The notes under the pieces were generated by a model. That model was not told where the DNA came from and searched no databases. It saw only the letters and a program-made list of their open reading frames with translations. Of a DNA stretch of 64,000 nucleotides, positions 46,934 to 56,668 are shown piece by piece. Numbering within the stretch: position 1 is the stretch's first letter; each line of letters starts with the position of its first letter. Source of the stretch: an uncultured archaeon (GTDB lineage: Archaea; Aenigmatarchaeota; Aenigmatarchaeia; GW2011-AR5); the NCBI GenBank assembly GCA_964373695.1, contig CAYJVT010000002.1, positions 1,020 through 65,019 of the forward strand, read 5' to 3'. A program made the position numbers and the translations under genes.

Positions 46934-48442
46934 TTTCTTAACTGGATCCCCGAGGGACTCCACTGGCTCTCCCGATATATACATCCTCATCTTTCCTGGC
47001 AGATCGCTGACCTTTATCCTGACCTGTTTCATGGTATCCCTGTCGCGAAGTGTCACGGTGCCGGATGAAATCGTGTCTGAATCCACCGTTATGCAGGCGG
47101 CGACCCCTATCTCGTCCATTCTTCTGTATCTGCGGCCAATGCTGCCGGAATCATCGTAAAAAACATCCATGCCGGCGGTCACGAGGGTTTTCCTTATTTC
47201 CGTGGCCTTGGCGTCCATCCCGTCCCTTTTTACAAGCGGCAGGACGGCACAATCAAAAGGCGACAAAACCCTCGGCAGCCTGAATATAGTCCTTTCCTCC
47301 TGGCCCACAGTCTCTTCGACGAATCCCATGTCAAGAACGGCATATACGTTCCTGTCGACCCCGAAGGAAAGCTCCAGCACGTGCGGAATGAACTTCTTGC
47401 CGTCGTGAAAAATATCCATGTTGCGGCCCGACACCTTCTGGTGGCCCGCAAGATCGTGGTCGGTCCTGTAGTGTATGCCCCCGACCTCCCTGAACCCTTC
47501 CATGCTCTCGATATCGAGCTCAATGTCCCAGTGGTACTTATTGTAAAAGGCTTTCTCCTCGTCACTGAGCTCCCTGAACCTGAACTTTTCCGGCGCTATT
47601 CCGAGAACTTCGAGATAGAATTTTTGTATCATTGCCATATAGTAAACGTAGAACTTCGGCAGCTTTACAGAGGCATTGCTGCAGGAAATCTCATGGACTA
47701 TGCCCGACTTCCTGGAATCAACCGAAAGAAGCCTTAGATTGTACGAAGAGACTTCATCGAACCTTTCGTGGCCGTTTATCATGTCCGGGTTGAAAAATAT
47801 CTGCAGCTCGGCCTGGTCGAATTCCCTCATACGTATCAACAGATTCCTGGGACTTATCTCGTTCCTGTAGGCACGGCCCAGTATCGCAAGGCCCAACGGG
47901 AGCCGCTTCCTCAAGACCTCAAACTCCCTTGGGAAGCTCACGTAAGCCCCCTGAGCTGTTTCTGGCCTCAGATAACCGAGAGACGAGCCTATCATAACAG
48001 GGAACATCATGTTCAGAATCCCGACCTCTTCCAGCTCCCCTCCGCATTTCGGGCATTTTATCCAGTGTTCCCTAATGAGCTTTGTGAGTCCATTGGCTGA
48101 CAACCCCTCAAAACTTTCTTTAAGGATGGATTCTACAAGGTGGTCCGCCCGCTCCAGACTGCCGCATTTACTGCATTTTGTTATCGGGTCGACGAAGGAA
48201 TCCACATGTCCCGAGGCCTTGAAGACCCTGTCGGGCATCATGTTCCTGCAGTCTATCTCGAAGAAATTCCAGTCCAGCCCAAGGAAATATTTCCTCCATA
48301 AATTCTCCCATTTTCTCTTTATCAGAGTCCCTATATGGCCGTAGTCATAGAGTCCTGAAACGCCTCCGTATATGTCCGAAGAGACCCAGAAAATTCCCCT
48401 GCGCCTTGCTATCTCCTCTATTTTGTTTTCTTTCTTCGCCAT
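46928..48442 (-). CDS. glyS: Glycyl-tRNA synthetase (archaeal/eukaryotic class II type)
   Basis: 504 aa. Class II motifs FRNEISPRNLLIRMREFDQAE (motif 2) and GIHYRTDHDL (motif 3). Confidence 0.9.
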   Translation of the reverse strand: MAKKENKIEEIARRRGIFWVSSDIYGGVSGLYDYGHIGTLIKRKWENLWRKYFLGLDWNFFEIDCRNMMPDRVFKASGHVDSFVDPITKCSKCGSLERADHLVESILKESFEGLSANGLTKLIREHWIKCPKCGGELEEVGILNMMFPVMIGSSLGYLRPETAQGAYVSFPREFEVLRKRLPLGLAILGRAYRNEISPRNLLIRMREFDQAELQIFFNPDMINGHERFDEVSSYNLRLLSVDSRKSGIVHEISCSNASVKLPKFYVYYMAMIQKFYLEVLGIAPEKFRFRELSDEEKAFYNKYHWDIELDIESMEGFREVGGIHYRTDHDLAGHQKVSGRNMDIFHDGKKFIPHVLELSFGVDRNVYAVLDMGFVEETVGQEERTIFRLPRVLSPFDCAVLPLVKRDGMDAKATEIRKTLVTAGMDVFYDDSGSIGRRYRRMDEIGVAACITVDSDTISSGTVTLRDRDTMKQVRIKVSDLPGKMRMYISGEPVESLGDPVKKL

Positions 48443-48495
48443 AGATTAATCTAGCGGCTGAATCATTTATATCTTTAGTCCGTGAATATTCTATC

Positions 48496-49749
48496 ATGGG
48501 GCGATACGTTCTCACCGAGGAGGGCAGAAAATACCTGGAAACCGGCATGCCGGAGATGAACCTTGTAAAGCTCCTGGAATCCGGAAACATTGAAATTAAG
48601 GAAGCACAAAAGCTTGAAAACTTTTCAATAGCATTGCAATGGGCAAAAAAGAACGGCTGGGTCGAGATAAGACAGGACTTTCTGGTTCTTACAAAATGCC
48701 CCGAATCGTACGAAATCGAAACGGCATTGAAAAGCATCGCCTCCAACAAAGAAATCTCAAATAATATGGCTCAAATACTTCTGCAAAGGAACCTGCTGCA
48801 GGAAGAAAAGGAGGATGCATACAAAAGAGCTGAAAAATACAAAGGGACGGAAGTATCAGCTCTCAACGAGGACATAATAAAAACTGGTTATTGGAGTGAA
48901 ACAATAATCAGAGCGTACAATGTAGAAGCTTTGGGGAAGAAAATCTATCCCGGAAAGAAGCAGCCTTATGCCGCGTTTCTGGACTGGGTGAAAAACAAGA
49001 TGATTGGCCTTGGCTTCGAAGAAATGTCAGGGCCCATAGTCGAAACGGAATTCTGGAATATGGACGCATTGTATATGCCGCAGTTCCATGCGGCAAGGGA
49101 CATACATGATGCGTATTTCCTAAAAGAACCAAAATATGCCAGAGCCATTGATAAAAACATCCTAAATGCAGTTAAAAAAACGCATGAAAAAGGCACATCG
49201 GAGTCGAGGGGGTGGGAATACCAGTACGATATCAAGAGAGCCCACAGGCTTGTGTTAAGAACTCATGACACGGCAATTTCTCCCAGAACCCTCTCATCTC
49301 CGGAGCTTAAAGTTCCAGGAAAATACTTTCACGTAGCAAGATGTTTCAGATATGATGTAGTAGACGCCACTCACCTGCCGGATTTTTACCAGCTAGGTGG
49401 TTTTGTAATAGACAAAGACCTTAATTTGAGGCACCTAATAGGCCTGTTGAAACTTTTTTCAAGGGAATTCGCAAACACCGACAAAATAAAGATAATGCCC
49501 AGCTATTTCCCTTTTACAGAACCGAGCGTTCAACTCATGGCAAAGCATCCCAAATTCGGGTGGCTTGAACTTGTAGGTGCTGGGATATTCAGGCATGAGA
49601 TGGCAATACCTCTTGGAATAAAGCATCCTGTCATCGCGTGGGGAGCCGGTCTTGACAGGATATTCATGATGAGTTCCGGGATAAACGACATAAGGGACCT
49701 GTTCAGCTACGACCTTAATTACTTGAGAAAAAGCCCTGTAACATATTGA
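48496..49749 (+). CDS. pheS: Phenylalanyl-tRNA synthetase alpha subunit
   Basis: 417 aa. Class II core FRYD...FYQLGGFVI and GAGLDRI. Confidence 0.9.
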   Translation: MGRYVLTEEGRKYLETGMPEMNLVKLLESGNIEIKEAQKLENFSIALQWAKKNGWVEIRQDFLVLTKCPESYEIETALKSIASNKEISNNMAQILLQRNLLQEEKEDAYKRAEKYKGTEVSALNEDIIKTGYWSETIIRAYNVEALGKKIYPGKKQPYAAFLDWVKNKMIGLGFEEMSGPIVETEFWNMDALYMPQFHAARDIHDAYFLKEPKYARAIDKNILNAVKKTHEKGTSESRGWEYQYDIKRAHRLVLRTHDTAISPRTLSSPELKVPGKYFHVARCFRYDVVDATHLPDFYQLGGFVIDKDLNLRHLIGLLKLFSREFANTDKIKIMPSYFPFTEPSVQLMAKHPKFGWLELVGAGIFRHEMAIPLGIKHPVIAWGAGLDRIFMMSSGINDIRDLFSYDLNYLRKSPVTY

Positions 49750-49759
49750 AGGTGAAAAA

Positions 49760-51418
49760 ATGCCTACTATAGAAGTTTCGATGAAAGCCCTGGAAAAGCT
49801 TGCCGGAAGAAAAGTGAAGGAAAAAGATCTTGAGGCCGTGAAAGGGGAAATAGAAGAAACCGAAGGCGGCAAGGCAAAGATAGAAATAGGCGATACAAAC
49901 AGGCCTGATTTGTGGTGCGTCGAAGGGATAGCAAGGGTTCTCAGGGGAAAACGCTTCCAGAAACTTCCCGTCAAAAACAGCGGGAAAGAAATCATAGTCG
50001 ACAGGAAAATTCTTGGCATAAGACCTTTCATATCGGGCTTTGTCGTTAAAGGCGTGAATGTTGATGAGGAACTGCTTCTGGATATGATACAACTCCAGGA
50101 CAAACTTGATGAAAACTATGGGAAGAAGAGGAAAAAGATATCCATCGGCATATACAATTATGACATGATAAAATTCCCTGCGCATTACAAGGCCGTCAGC
50201 CCATCTCACAAGTTCGTGCCTCTTGGCCTTGACAAGCCTCTCACCATGAGAGATATATTGTCCAAACACCCCAAAGGTAGGGATTATGGATATATTGTTC
50301 GCGAGCACAAATTGTATCCGCTGCTTATCGACATGAAGGAAGATGTCCTCTCATTCCCACCAATAATAAACAGCAACTATCTCGGAAAGGTCAAGTTGGG
50401 AATGCAAAATCTTATGGTAGAAGTCACAGGAACCGACCAGAAATCCGTCCTTCTTGCTGCCAATATCTTTGCATATTCGCTTTATGACAGAGGAGCTAAT
50501 ATAGAGTCGATAACGACCAGATATCCGTCCACAACAAAGTTCGGGAGGTCAGTTACTTGTCCGTATGATTTCTGCCAGAAAATGTCATTCAACAGGAAAA
50601 ATGTGGAGAGTGTCCTTGGGATTGACCTGAAAAGCACGGAAATAAAGTCTCTGCTGGAGAAAATGCAATACGATGCTGAAATCTCCAATGATAAAGTAAT
50701 TGTTGTCATCCCCCCCTACAGAAATGACGTGATGCACTATACAGACGTGATAGAAGATATAGCAATAGCATACGGATACGGGAACTTCAAGGAATCTGGA
50801 ATTGAAAGCTTTACTGTCGGCAATCTAATGAAAGAGACACTTTTCACCGAGAATGTAAGAAGGGTTATGATAGGTATCGGATTTCAGGAAATAATGTCCG
50901 CGATACTTTCCAGCAAATCTGCCCTGTGTGATAAGATGAACACATCCTCAGAGCCACTGAAAATAGAAAATGTCATGTCAGAAAACTATTCGCATGTGAG
51001 GAGCTGGGTTCTACCAAGCATTCTTGCATGCCTGACGAAAAACATGCATAACGAATACCCGCAGAAGGTATTCGAGGTCGGGGAATGTGTGATTCGGGAC
51101 AAGAAATCATATACAGGAACAGTAACAATACAAAAAATAGCTGGCGCGATTTCAAGCGGAATTGCAGGCTATGAAGACATATCCTCGTGCATAGATGCTC
51201 TGCTTTGCGGCATCGGAGCAAAATACGAACTGAAGCTTTCGGTGCATCCCAGCTTTATAGAGGGCAGATGTGCCGACATATTAATCGGAGGGGATAAAGC
51301 CGGCATCGTAGGCGAAATACACCCCAAAGTGCTGAATAACTGGTCCATAGAAAAGCCGGTCGCGGCTTTTGAAGCTGATGTCAACTCCTTACTGAAAGCT
51401 TCCACTTCACGGGACTGA
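49760..51418 (+). CDS. pheT: Phenylalanyl-tRNA synthetase beta subunit (archaeal form)
   Basis: 552 aa immediately downstream of pheS. B3/4 and B5 domain pattern. Length typical for archaeal PheT. Confidence 0.9.
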   Translation: MPTIEVSMKALEKLAGRKVKEKDLEAVKGEIEETEGGKAKIEIGDTNRPDLWCVEGIARVLRGKRFQKLPVKNSGKEIIVDRKILGIRPFISGFVVKGVNVDEELLLDMIQLQDKLDENYGKKRKKISIGIYNYDMIKFPAHYKAVSPSHKFVPLGLDKPLTMRDILSKHPKGRDYGYIVREHKLYPLLIDMKEDVLSFPPIINSNYLGKVKLGMQNLMVEVTGTDQKSVLLAANIFAYSLYDRGANIESITTRYPSTTKFGRSVTCPYDFCQKMSFNRKNVESVLGIDLKSTEIKSLLEKMQYDAEISNDKVIVVIPPYRNDVMHYTDVIEDIAIAYGYGNFKESGIESFTVGNLMKETLFTENVRRVMIGIGFQEIMSAILSSKSALCDKMNTSSEPLKIENVMSENYSHVRSWVLPSILACLTKNMHNEYPQKVFEVGECVIRDKKSYTGTVTIQKIAGAISSGIAGYEDISSCIDALLCGIGAKYELKLSVHPSFIEGRCADILIGGDKAGIVGEIHPKVLNNWSIEKPVAAFEADVNSLLKASTSRD

Positions 51419-51460
51419 TATCGTTCTCGCCGCGCCTTTTCTTCCTTTTCCTTGTAGGTG

Positions 51461-52213
51461 TCATCTTAACACGAACCTATACCAAGGCCTGTTTTCTTTG
51501 TATTCAACGCCGGCAATGCGTCCGGCGAGCCTTCTTATTTCCCTGCTTGCAGGGGATTTCGGCGAGTCCAGAACTACAGGCTTGCGCCTTGCGATGGACT
51601 TCTGGACTTCAATGCGCTCAGGAATCCTTGCCAGTATATCTGTATCTTCCAGCATATTCTTTATGTCTTCCATGCGCATCTCGTGCGGCTTGTTCTTCAC
51701 TCTGTTTACGACCGCACCTGTTATCTTGGTTCCGAGCTGTTCCGCCAGTTTATACGCTTTGAGAGCGTCTGTAACTGACGTCAATTCGGGGTTCGTTATG
51801 AGAACCATTTCGTCTGCTGCCTCCATGCTGGAAAGAGTCTCCTTGCCCAGTCCGGCGGCGGAATCCAGCAGGACTATATCAGCGGTCCCCAGAAGATCCA
51901 AAAGAACATTCGGCAGGTCCCTTGAATCAGTCCCCCTCAGGTCCCTGAGCGAGAGCCCTGCGGGGATTATCCTGACGCCACTGTCGTGGTAATAAATGGC
52001 ATCCTTTATCGGGACGGAGCCCTTCAGAACATCATGGAGTGTGGTAGGATAAAGCGGCATACCGAAATGTATCCCTATGTTGGGCGTCGTCAGGTTGGCA
52101 TCCACGACCACGACGCTCTTTCCCATGGATGACATTGCAACGCCGAGATTCGAAACTAGGGTGGTTTTTCCGACTCCGCCCTTCCCGGAAACGCAAGCTA
52201 TTATTCTTGTCAT
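51461..52213 (-). CDS. minD: MinD/ParA-family cell-division ATPase
   Basis: Deviant Walker A GKGGVGKTT at the N-terminus. 250 aa. Confidence 0.85.
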   Translation of the reverse strand: MTRIIACVSGKGGVGKTTLVSNLGVAMSSMGKSVVVVDANLTTPNIGIHFGMPLYPTTLHDVLKGSVPIKDAIYYHDSGVRIIPAGLSLRDLRGTDSRDLPNVLLDLLGTADIVLLDSAAGLGKETLSSMEAADEMVLITNPELTSVTDALKAYKLAEQLGTKITGAVVNRVKNKPHEMRMEDIKNMLEDTDILARIPERIEVQKSIARRKPVVLDSPKSPASREIRRLAGRIAGVEYKENRPWYRFVLR

Positions 52214-52367
52214 ACCACACCTAGAGATAATTATTGCCTCGGCGGTTTAAAAGCTTGAAAATGCTGCGTTTCAGATTTCACTCTACCTTACAAAAAAACG
52301 TCTCTGGCCGCATTGCGGGACAAGCCGGTCTGTTATTTATCTGTTTTACTGTATAAAACATTTACAA

Positions 52368-52501
52368 GGGCGCGTAGCTCAGCTTGGATAGAGCACCTTT
52401 TATGAAAGGCCTTCTTTCATAAGTGTCGGCCTTCTAAGCAGGGGGTCGCGGGTTCGAAAGCTGAAGCGCTAAGGCGTTGGCCGATTTTCCCGTCGCGCCC
52501 A
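52368..52501 (+). tRNA. Intron-containing tRNA with an insert in the T-loop/T-stem 3' side plus ~30 nt extra in the anticodon region; isotype undetermined (CAU possible)
   Basis: Acceptor GGGCGCG/CGCGCCC; D-arm GCTC-AGCTTGGATA-GAGC; T-stem GCGGG + loop TTCGAAA, then a 29-nt insert GCTGAAGCGCTAAGGCGTTGGCCGATTTT before the 3' T-stem CCCGT; discriminator A. 134 nt total. Confidence 0.75.
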
Positions 52502-52603
52502 TTATAGTGAACCAAATAAATAAACATGATATGACTTATTTAGTTCACATATAGTGCCCAAGAAAACTAATTCTGAATGTTTTCTTGGAGCACTATAAAT
52601 ACA
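52502..52603. repeat. ~100-bp palindromic element, copy B
   Basis: TTATAGTGAACCAAATAAATAAAC...GTTCACATATAGTGCCCAAGAAAAC-TAATTCTGAAT-GTTTTCTTGGAGCACTATAAAT. Starts at the base after the tRNA 3' end. Its right arm supplies a TATA-like box ~30 nt upstream of leuS. Confidence 0.7.
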
Positions 52604-52625
52604 GAAACGTTGAAAAATAAGTCAG

Positions 52626-55448
52626 GTGCCGTCGATGGATTTTGCAAAAATAGAAAGGAAATGGCAGCAGAAATGGAAGAAATCTGGGATATTCAAAACC
52701 AACCCCGAGAAGAAGAAGAAATTCTTCACTTCCATCATCATACCATACGTCAACGGCAGGATGCATATAGGCCACAGCTATACATACACAAGGACCGACG
52801 CTTACGCCAGATTCAAGAGGATGCAGGGGTACAATACGCTTCTTGCCCAGGGCTTTCATGCTACCGGTGAGCCGATAGTAGGTGCAGTCGAAAGGCTGAA
52901 GAACGGCGACAAAAGCCAGGCAGAAACATTCAGGATATTCGGTGCCACCGAAAAAAACATCTCGGACTTCAAAAAGCGCGGTCCAGAATTTGTTGCAAAA
53001 TTCTGGATGAAAAAATTCACGGAAGACTCCGATTCAATGGGATATTCGATAGACTGGAGAAGAAGCTTCGTAACGACGTCCATAAGCCCTCAGTTCTCCA
53101 GGTTCATAGAATGGCAGTACAACACGCTAAGAAAAAAAGGATACGTAGTGCAGGGCACCCATCCAGTGATATGGTGCCCCCACGACCAGTCCCCGACAGG
53201 CGACCACGACAGGCTTGAGGGTGAAGGAGAAAGCCCTGTAGAATATGTAGGGATTAAATTCAGAATGGAAGACGCCTTCCTAGTTTGCGCCACCCTGAGG
53301 CCTGAAACCGTGTACGGGGTGACAAACATATGGGTGAATCCGGACGCCACCTATGTAAAAATAAAGGCCGGCGGCGAGAAGTGGATCGTGAGCAGGGAGT
53401 GCTTCTACAAGCTGAAAGACCAGATAAAACATGTGGAAAAGGTATGTGAAGTCACTCTTGCCGGGAAGAGGTGCACCGACATTGTCGGCAACAGGGAAAT
53501 ACCGATACTGCCGTCGCATTTCATCGACTCCGAGTCAGCGACGGGTATAGTGATGAGCGTTCCTGCCCATGCGCCTTACGACTGGATGGCGCTTAAGGAG
53601 CTCATTGACAAAAACGAGCTCGAAGTTTACGGGCTGTCAAAGTCCGACATCGAACCAATAATAGCAGTAGACTCGGGTTCGGAGAATGCAATGGAGCTGT
53701 GCACCAAGATGAAAATAATAGGCCCGGGCCAGAAGGATCTTCTGGAAGACGCCACAAAGAGCCTGTACAAGAAGGAATTCCATGGCGGCGTGCTCAACGA
53801 CAAGTGCGGGCCTTACACAGGATTGAAGGTGTCCGAAGCGAAGGAAAAAATAATCTCGGACTTCATATCCAAAGGCATCGCGCATCCTATATGGGATTGT
53901 CCGAAGGTTGTGTGCAGATGCACCACACGATGTCATGTCAAAATACTGGAAAACCAGTGGTTCCTGAAATATTCCGACAACGCATGGAAGGACATGGCCA
54001 GAAAATGTCTGGCTGGTATGAGGATAGTCCCGGAGGAATCAAGGCAGAACTTCGAGAATACAATAGACTGGCTGAAGGACAAGGCATGCGCAAGGAAATC
54101 CGGACTCGGCACGCCTCTCCCATGGGACAAGGCCTGGATAGTCGAGACTCTTAGCGACTCCACCATCTACATGGCCTACTATACGATAGCCGACATCATA
54201 AACAAAAACAGAATAAGCGCCAAAAGTCTTACCGACGAAGTCTTTGACTGCATCTTCCTGGGAAAAGGCGACCTGAAAGCCGTGGCAAAAATGAGCAAAA
54301 TACCGGCTAAAACGCTTGCATCAATGAAGGAAGAGTTTGAATACTTCTATCCGCTCGATATAAGGAACAGCGCAAAGGACCTGATACAAAACCACCTGAC
54401 ATTCTACATAATGCATCATGTGGCGTTGTGGAGAAATCGGTACTGGCCTAGGGGCATCTCAACGAACGGATACGTCAGTGTAGAAGGGCAGAAGATGAGC
54501 AAGTCTAGGGGGAACTTTATAGTACTGAAGGATGTCATAAAAAACTTCGGGGCTGACATGGCTAGAATCAATATAGCGTGCTCCAGTGAGGGTCTGGAGG
54601 ACGCAGACTGGAGGGTTGAGAACATAAAAACATACAGGTCCCGGATAGAATTCATATTTGATGCAATAAAGAACATCGAAAAATCCGGCACCATGAAAAA
54701 CAGGAGCATAGACGATTACCTCATCAGCAGGCTGCAAAAGCATAAAAAAGACGCAACAGAGGCGTTCTCTGAGCTCAGACTGAGGTCGGCGTGCCAGAGC
54801 ACCCTTTTTGAAACAACGAACGACCTCAAATGGTACCTGAGAAGGGTTGGCGGCATGAAGCACGCCAACAAGAAGACCATGAAAATTTTCATGTCCGACT
54901 TAATAAGGCTGCTTGCGCCGCTGGTGCCGCACATATCAGAAGAGATGTGGAGGGTGGTGGGCGGCAGAGGATTCGTTTCGCTGTCCTCATGGCCGGCTGA
55001 TGACAAAGGCTTGTCAAACAACAGGGCCGAGCTATGGGAAAATACCATGATGCAGACATTGTCTGACATAGAAGAGATAAAGGGCATCATAGGCAAGGAA
55101 GTGAAGAAATGCACATTATTCGTTGCCGAAGACTGGAAATTCAAGACTCTGAATAAAATAATAAAGAATAAAAGCAGGCCTCTTGACGACATAACACGCG
55201 AAATAATGCAGAGCGATGCCAGGAGATACGGAAAGGCTACGCTTTCCTTCATACAATCTGCCTATTCCAAATCAAATGAAATCTCTGAGGTGATAGGAAG
55301 AGACGACCAATTAAAATTGCTTAACGAATCAAAAGGGTTCCTTAAGAGCGAGACTGGTCTGGAAATATCCATAGAAGACGCCAAAAAAAGCCAGAACCAG
55401 AAAGCCCGCAACTCAACGCCATACAAGTTTGGCATACTTCTTGATTAG
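52626..55448 (+). CDS. leuS: Leucyl-tRNA synthetase (archaeal type)
   Basis: 940 aa. HIGH motif (PYVNGRMHIGHSYTY), KMSKS (QKMSKSRGN), CP1 editing insertion. Confidence 0.92.
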   Translation: MPSMDFAKIERKWQQKWKKSGIFKTNPEKKKKFFTSIIIPYVNGRMHIGHSYTYTRTDAYARFKRMQGYNTLLAQGFHATGEPIVGAVERLKNGDKSQAETFRIFGATEKNISDFKKRGPEFVAKFWMKKFTEDSDSMGYSIDWRRSFVTTSISPQFSRFIEWQYNTLRKKGYVVQGTHPVIWCPHDQSPTGDHDRLEGEGESPVEYVGIKFRMEDAFLVCATLRPETVYGVTNIWVNPDATYVKIKAGGEKWIVSRECFYKLKDQIKHVEKVCEVTLAGKRCTDIVGNREIPILPSHFIDSESATGIVMSVPAHAPYDWMALKELIDKNELEVYGLSKSDIEPIIAVDSGSENAMELCTKMKIIGPGQKDLLEDATKSLYKKEFHGGVLNDKCGPYTGLKVSEAKEKIISDFISKGIAHPIWDCPKVVCRCTTRCHVKILENQWFLKYSDNAWKDMARKCLAGMRIVPEESRQNFENTIDWLKDKACARKSGLGTPLPWDKAWIVETLSDSTIYMAYYTIADIINKNRISAKSLTDEVFDCIFLGKGDLKAVAKMSKIPAKTLASMKEEFEYFYPLDIRNSAKDLIQNHLTFYIMHHVALWRNRYWPRGISTNGYVSVEGQKMSKSRGNFIVLKDVIKNFGADMARINIACSSEGLEDADWRVENIKTYRSRIEFIFDAIKNIEKSGTMKNRSIDDYLISRLQKHKKDATEAFSELRLRSACQSTLFETTNDLKWYLRRVGGMKHANKKTMKIFMSDLIRLLAPLVPHISEEMWRVVGGRGFVSLSSWPADDKGLSNNRAELWENTMMQTLSDIEEIKGIIGKEVKKCTLFVAEDWKFKTLNKIIKNKSRPLDDITREIMQSDARRYGKATLSFIQSAYSKSNEISEVIGRDDQLKLLNESKGFLKSETGLEISIEDAKKSQNQKARNSTPYKFGILLD

Positions 55449-55732
55449 AACCTTTCCAGGCTTTCCACTAGCTCAAGCTTCTCCCTTTCGTGCTTCCTGC
55501 TCTTCTCGAATATGCTGTCAAATATCTCTTCCATCCTGGTCAGGCGCTTCTGGAGAATTATGTTTTCCTTCCTCATCTCCAGAAGGGCGCACCACATCTG
55601 CGCCATCTTGATGTCGTCGGAGTTCTTGTAGGCTCCCTTGTGGCGGGATGCCTTCATGAGAATATTATTGAGGTGCTCCTCGTCCTCAATCCCAAGGTAT
55701 TTCTTCCAGTTATCATCTGCCTTGAAAAGCAT
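55445..55732 (-). CDS. Hypothetical small protein
   Basis: 95-aa ORF convergent with leuS (4-nt overlap). Helical, charged. Confidence 0.4.
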   Translation of the reverse strand: MLFKADDNWKKYLGIEDEEHLNNILMKASRHKGAYKNSDDIKMAQMWCALLEMRKENIILQKRLTRMEEIFDSIFEKSRKHEREKLELVESLERF

Positions 55733-55826
55733 AATTGTAATTCAATTCAATCTTTAAATTCGTTGCACGGGATTTCGGCGTGATTCCAGCGTAATTGCGC
55801 TGCAGTTCGCTCCGCTTAAATAGTTT

Positions 55827-56489
55827 TTGAAAATAGCTTATAGGATGCAAAAAGGGGACTTCATAAGAATCAATTACATCGGAAGGCTGGAAAGCGGCGA
55901 GATATTTGACATTACAGACGAAGGCACGGCAAAGAAGGAAAAAGTCTATAATGACAAAATGAAATACGGCCCTCTGCCGGTGGTTGTAGGCGCCAATTTC
56001 CTGATATCAGGCCTCGATAAGGCTATAGAAGGCATGAACGTCGGCGACAAAAAAGACGTAATGATACAGCCAGAAGATGCGTTCGGCCAGCGCGACCCGA
56101 AGCTTGTGAAGACGGTCAACGCAAGGGTATTCCGGGACAGCAAAACAGATCCGCAGCCTGGCATGATAGTGAATTTCTCTGGTATGAAAGGAAGGATACA
56201 GAGCGTTTCTGGCGGACGCGTCCGCATAGACTTCAACAATCCCCTGTCTGGAAAGACACTTCTTTATCATGTTGAAATTATTGAAAAGATAGATGATAAT
56301 GAGAAGAAAATAGAATCTGTTCTTGAGTTCTTCGGCATCAAAAGTGCCTCGATAAAAATAGATGGCAGCAGTGTCGAGATAAGCGCAAGAATTCCGGACA
56401 AGATGAAGGAAACCATTTCAGATATCATAACCAATAATGTTGAAGGCATCGAGAAGATAAAATTCTCCGAGACATTCGAAAAGAAATAA
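55827..56489 (+). CDS. FKBP-type peptidyl-prolyl cis-trans isomerase (long archaeal type with IF insert)
   Basis: FKBP core ...GRLESGEIFD...GLDKAIEGMNVGDKKDV...DFNNPLSGKTLLYHVEII plus a C-terminal extension. Confidence 0.85.
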   Translation: MKIAYRMQKGDFIRINYIGRLESGEIFDITDEGTAKKEKVYNDKMKYGPLPVVVGANFLISGLDKAIEGMNVGDKKDVMIQPEDAFGQRDPKLVKTVNARVFRDSKTDPQPGMIVNFSGMKGRIQSVSGGRVRIDFNNPLSGKTLLYHVEIIEKIDDNEKKIESVLEFFGIKSASIKIDGSSVEISARIPDKMKETISDIITNNVEGIEKIKFSETFEKK

Positions 56490-56545
56490 CTCCAAACTCC
56501 ATGATGATTGGAATATTTGCTGCAAAAGTGTCCCAGAAGCATTGA

Positions 56546-56668
56546 TTATTTCTTCACTACTATAGGCTTGTGGTAGTAAGTGCTGTACTTACACCTCGGA
56601 CACGCCACAGGTACCCTGTCATTTCTCGTAACCCACAAATGATCGCACTTTGTGCACTGGAGCTTCAT
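56546..56668 (-). CDS. Small zinc-ribbon protein (40 aa), not in supplied ORF track
   Basis: Reverse strand encodes MKLQCTKCDHLWVTRNDRVPVACPRCKYSTYYHKPIVVKK with CxxC-x15-CxxC. Could be an RpoP/Spt4/ribosomal-type zinc-ribbon; family unresolved. Confidence 0.45.
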   Translation of the reverse strand: MKLQCTKCDHLWVTRNDRVPVACPRCKYSTYYHKPIVVKK

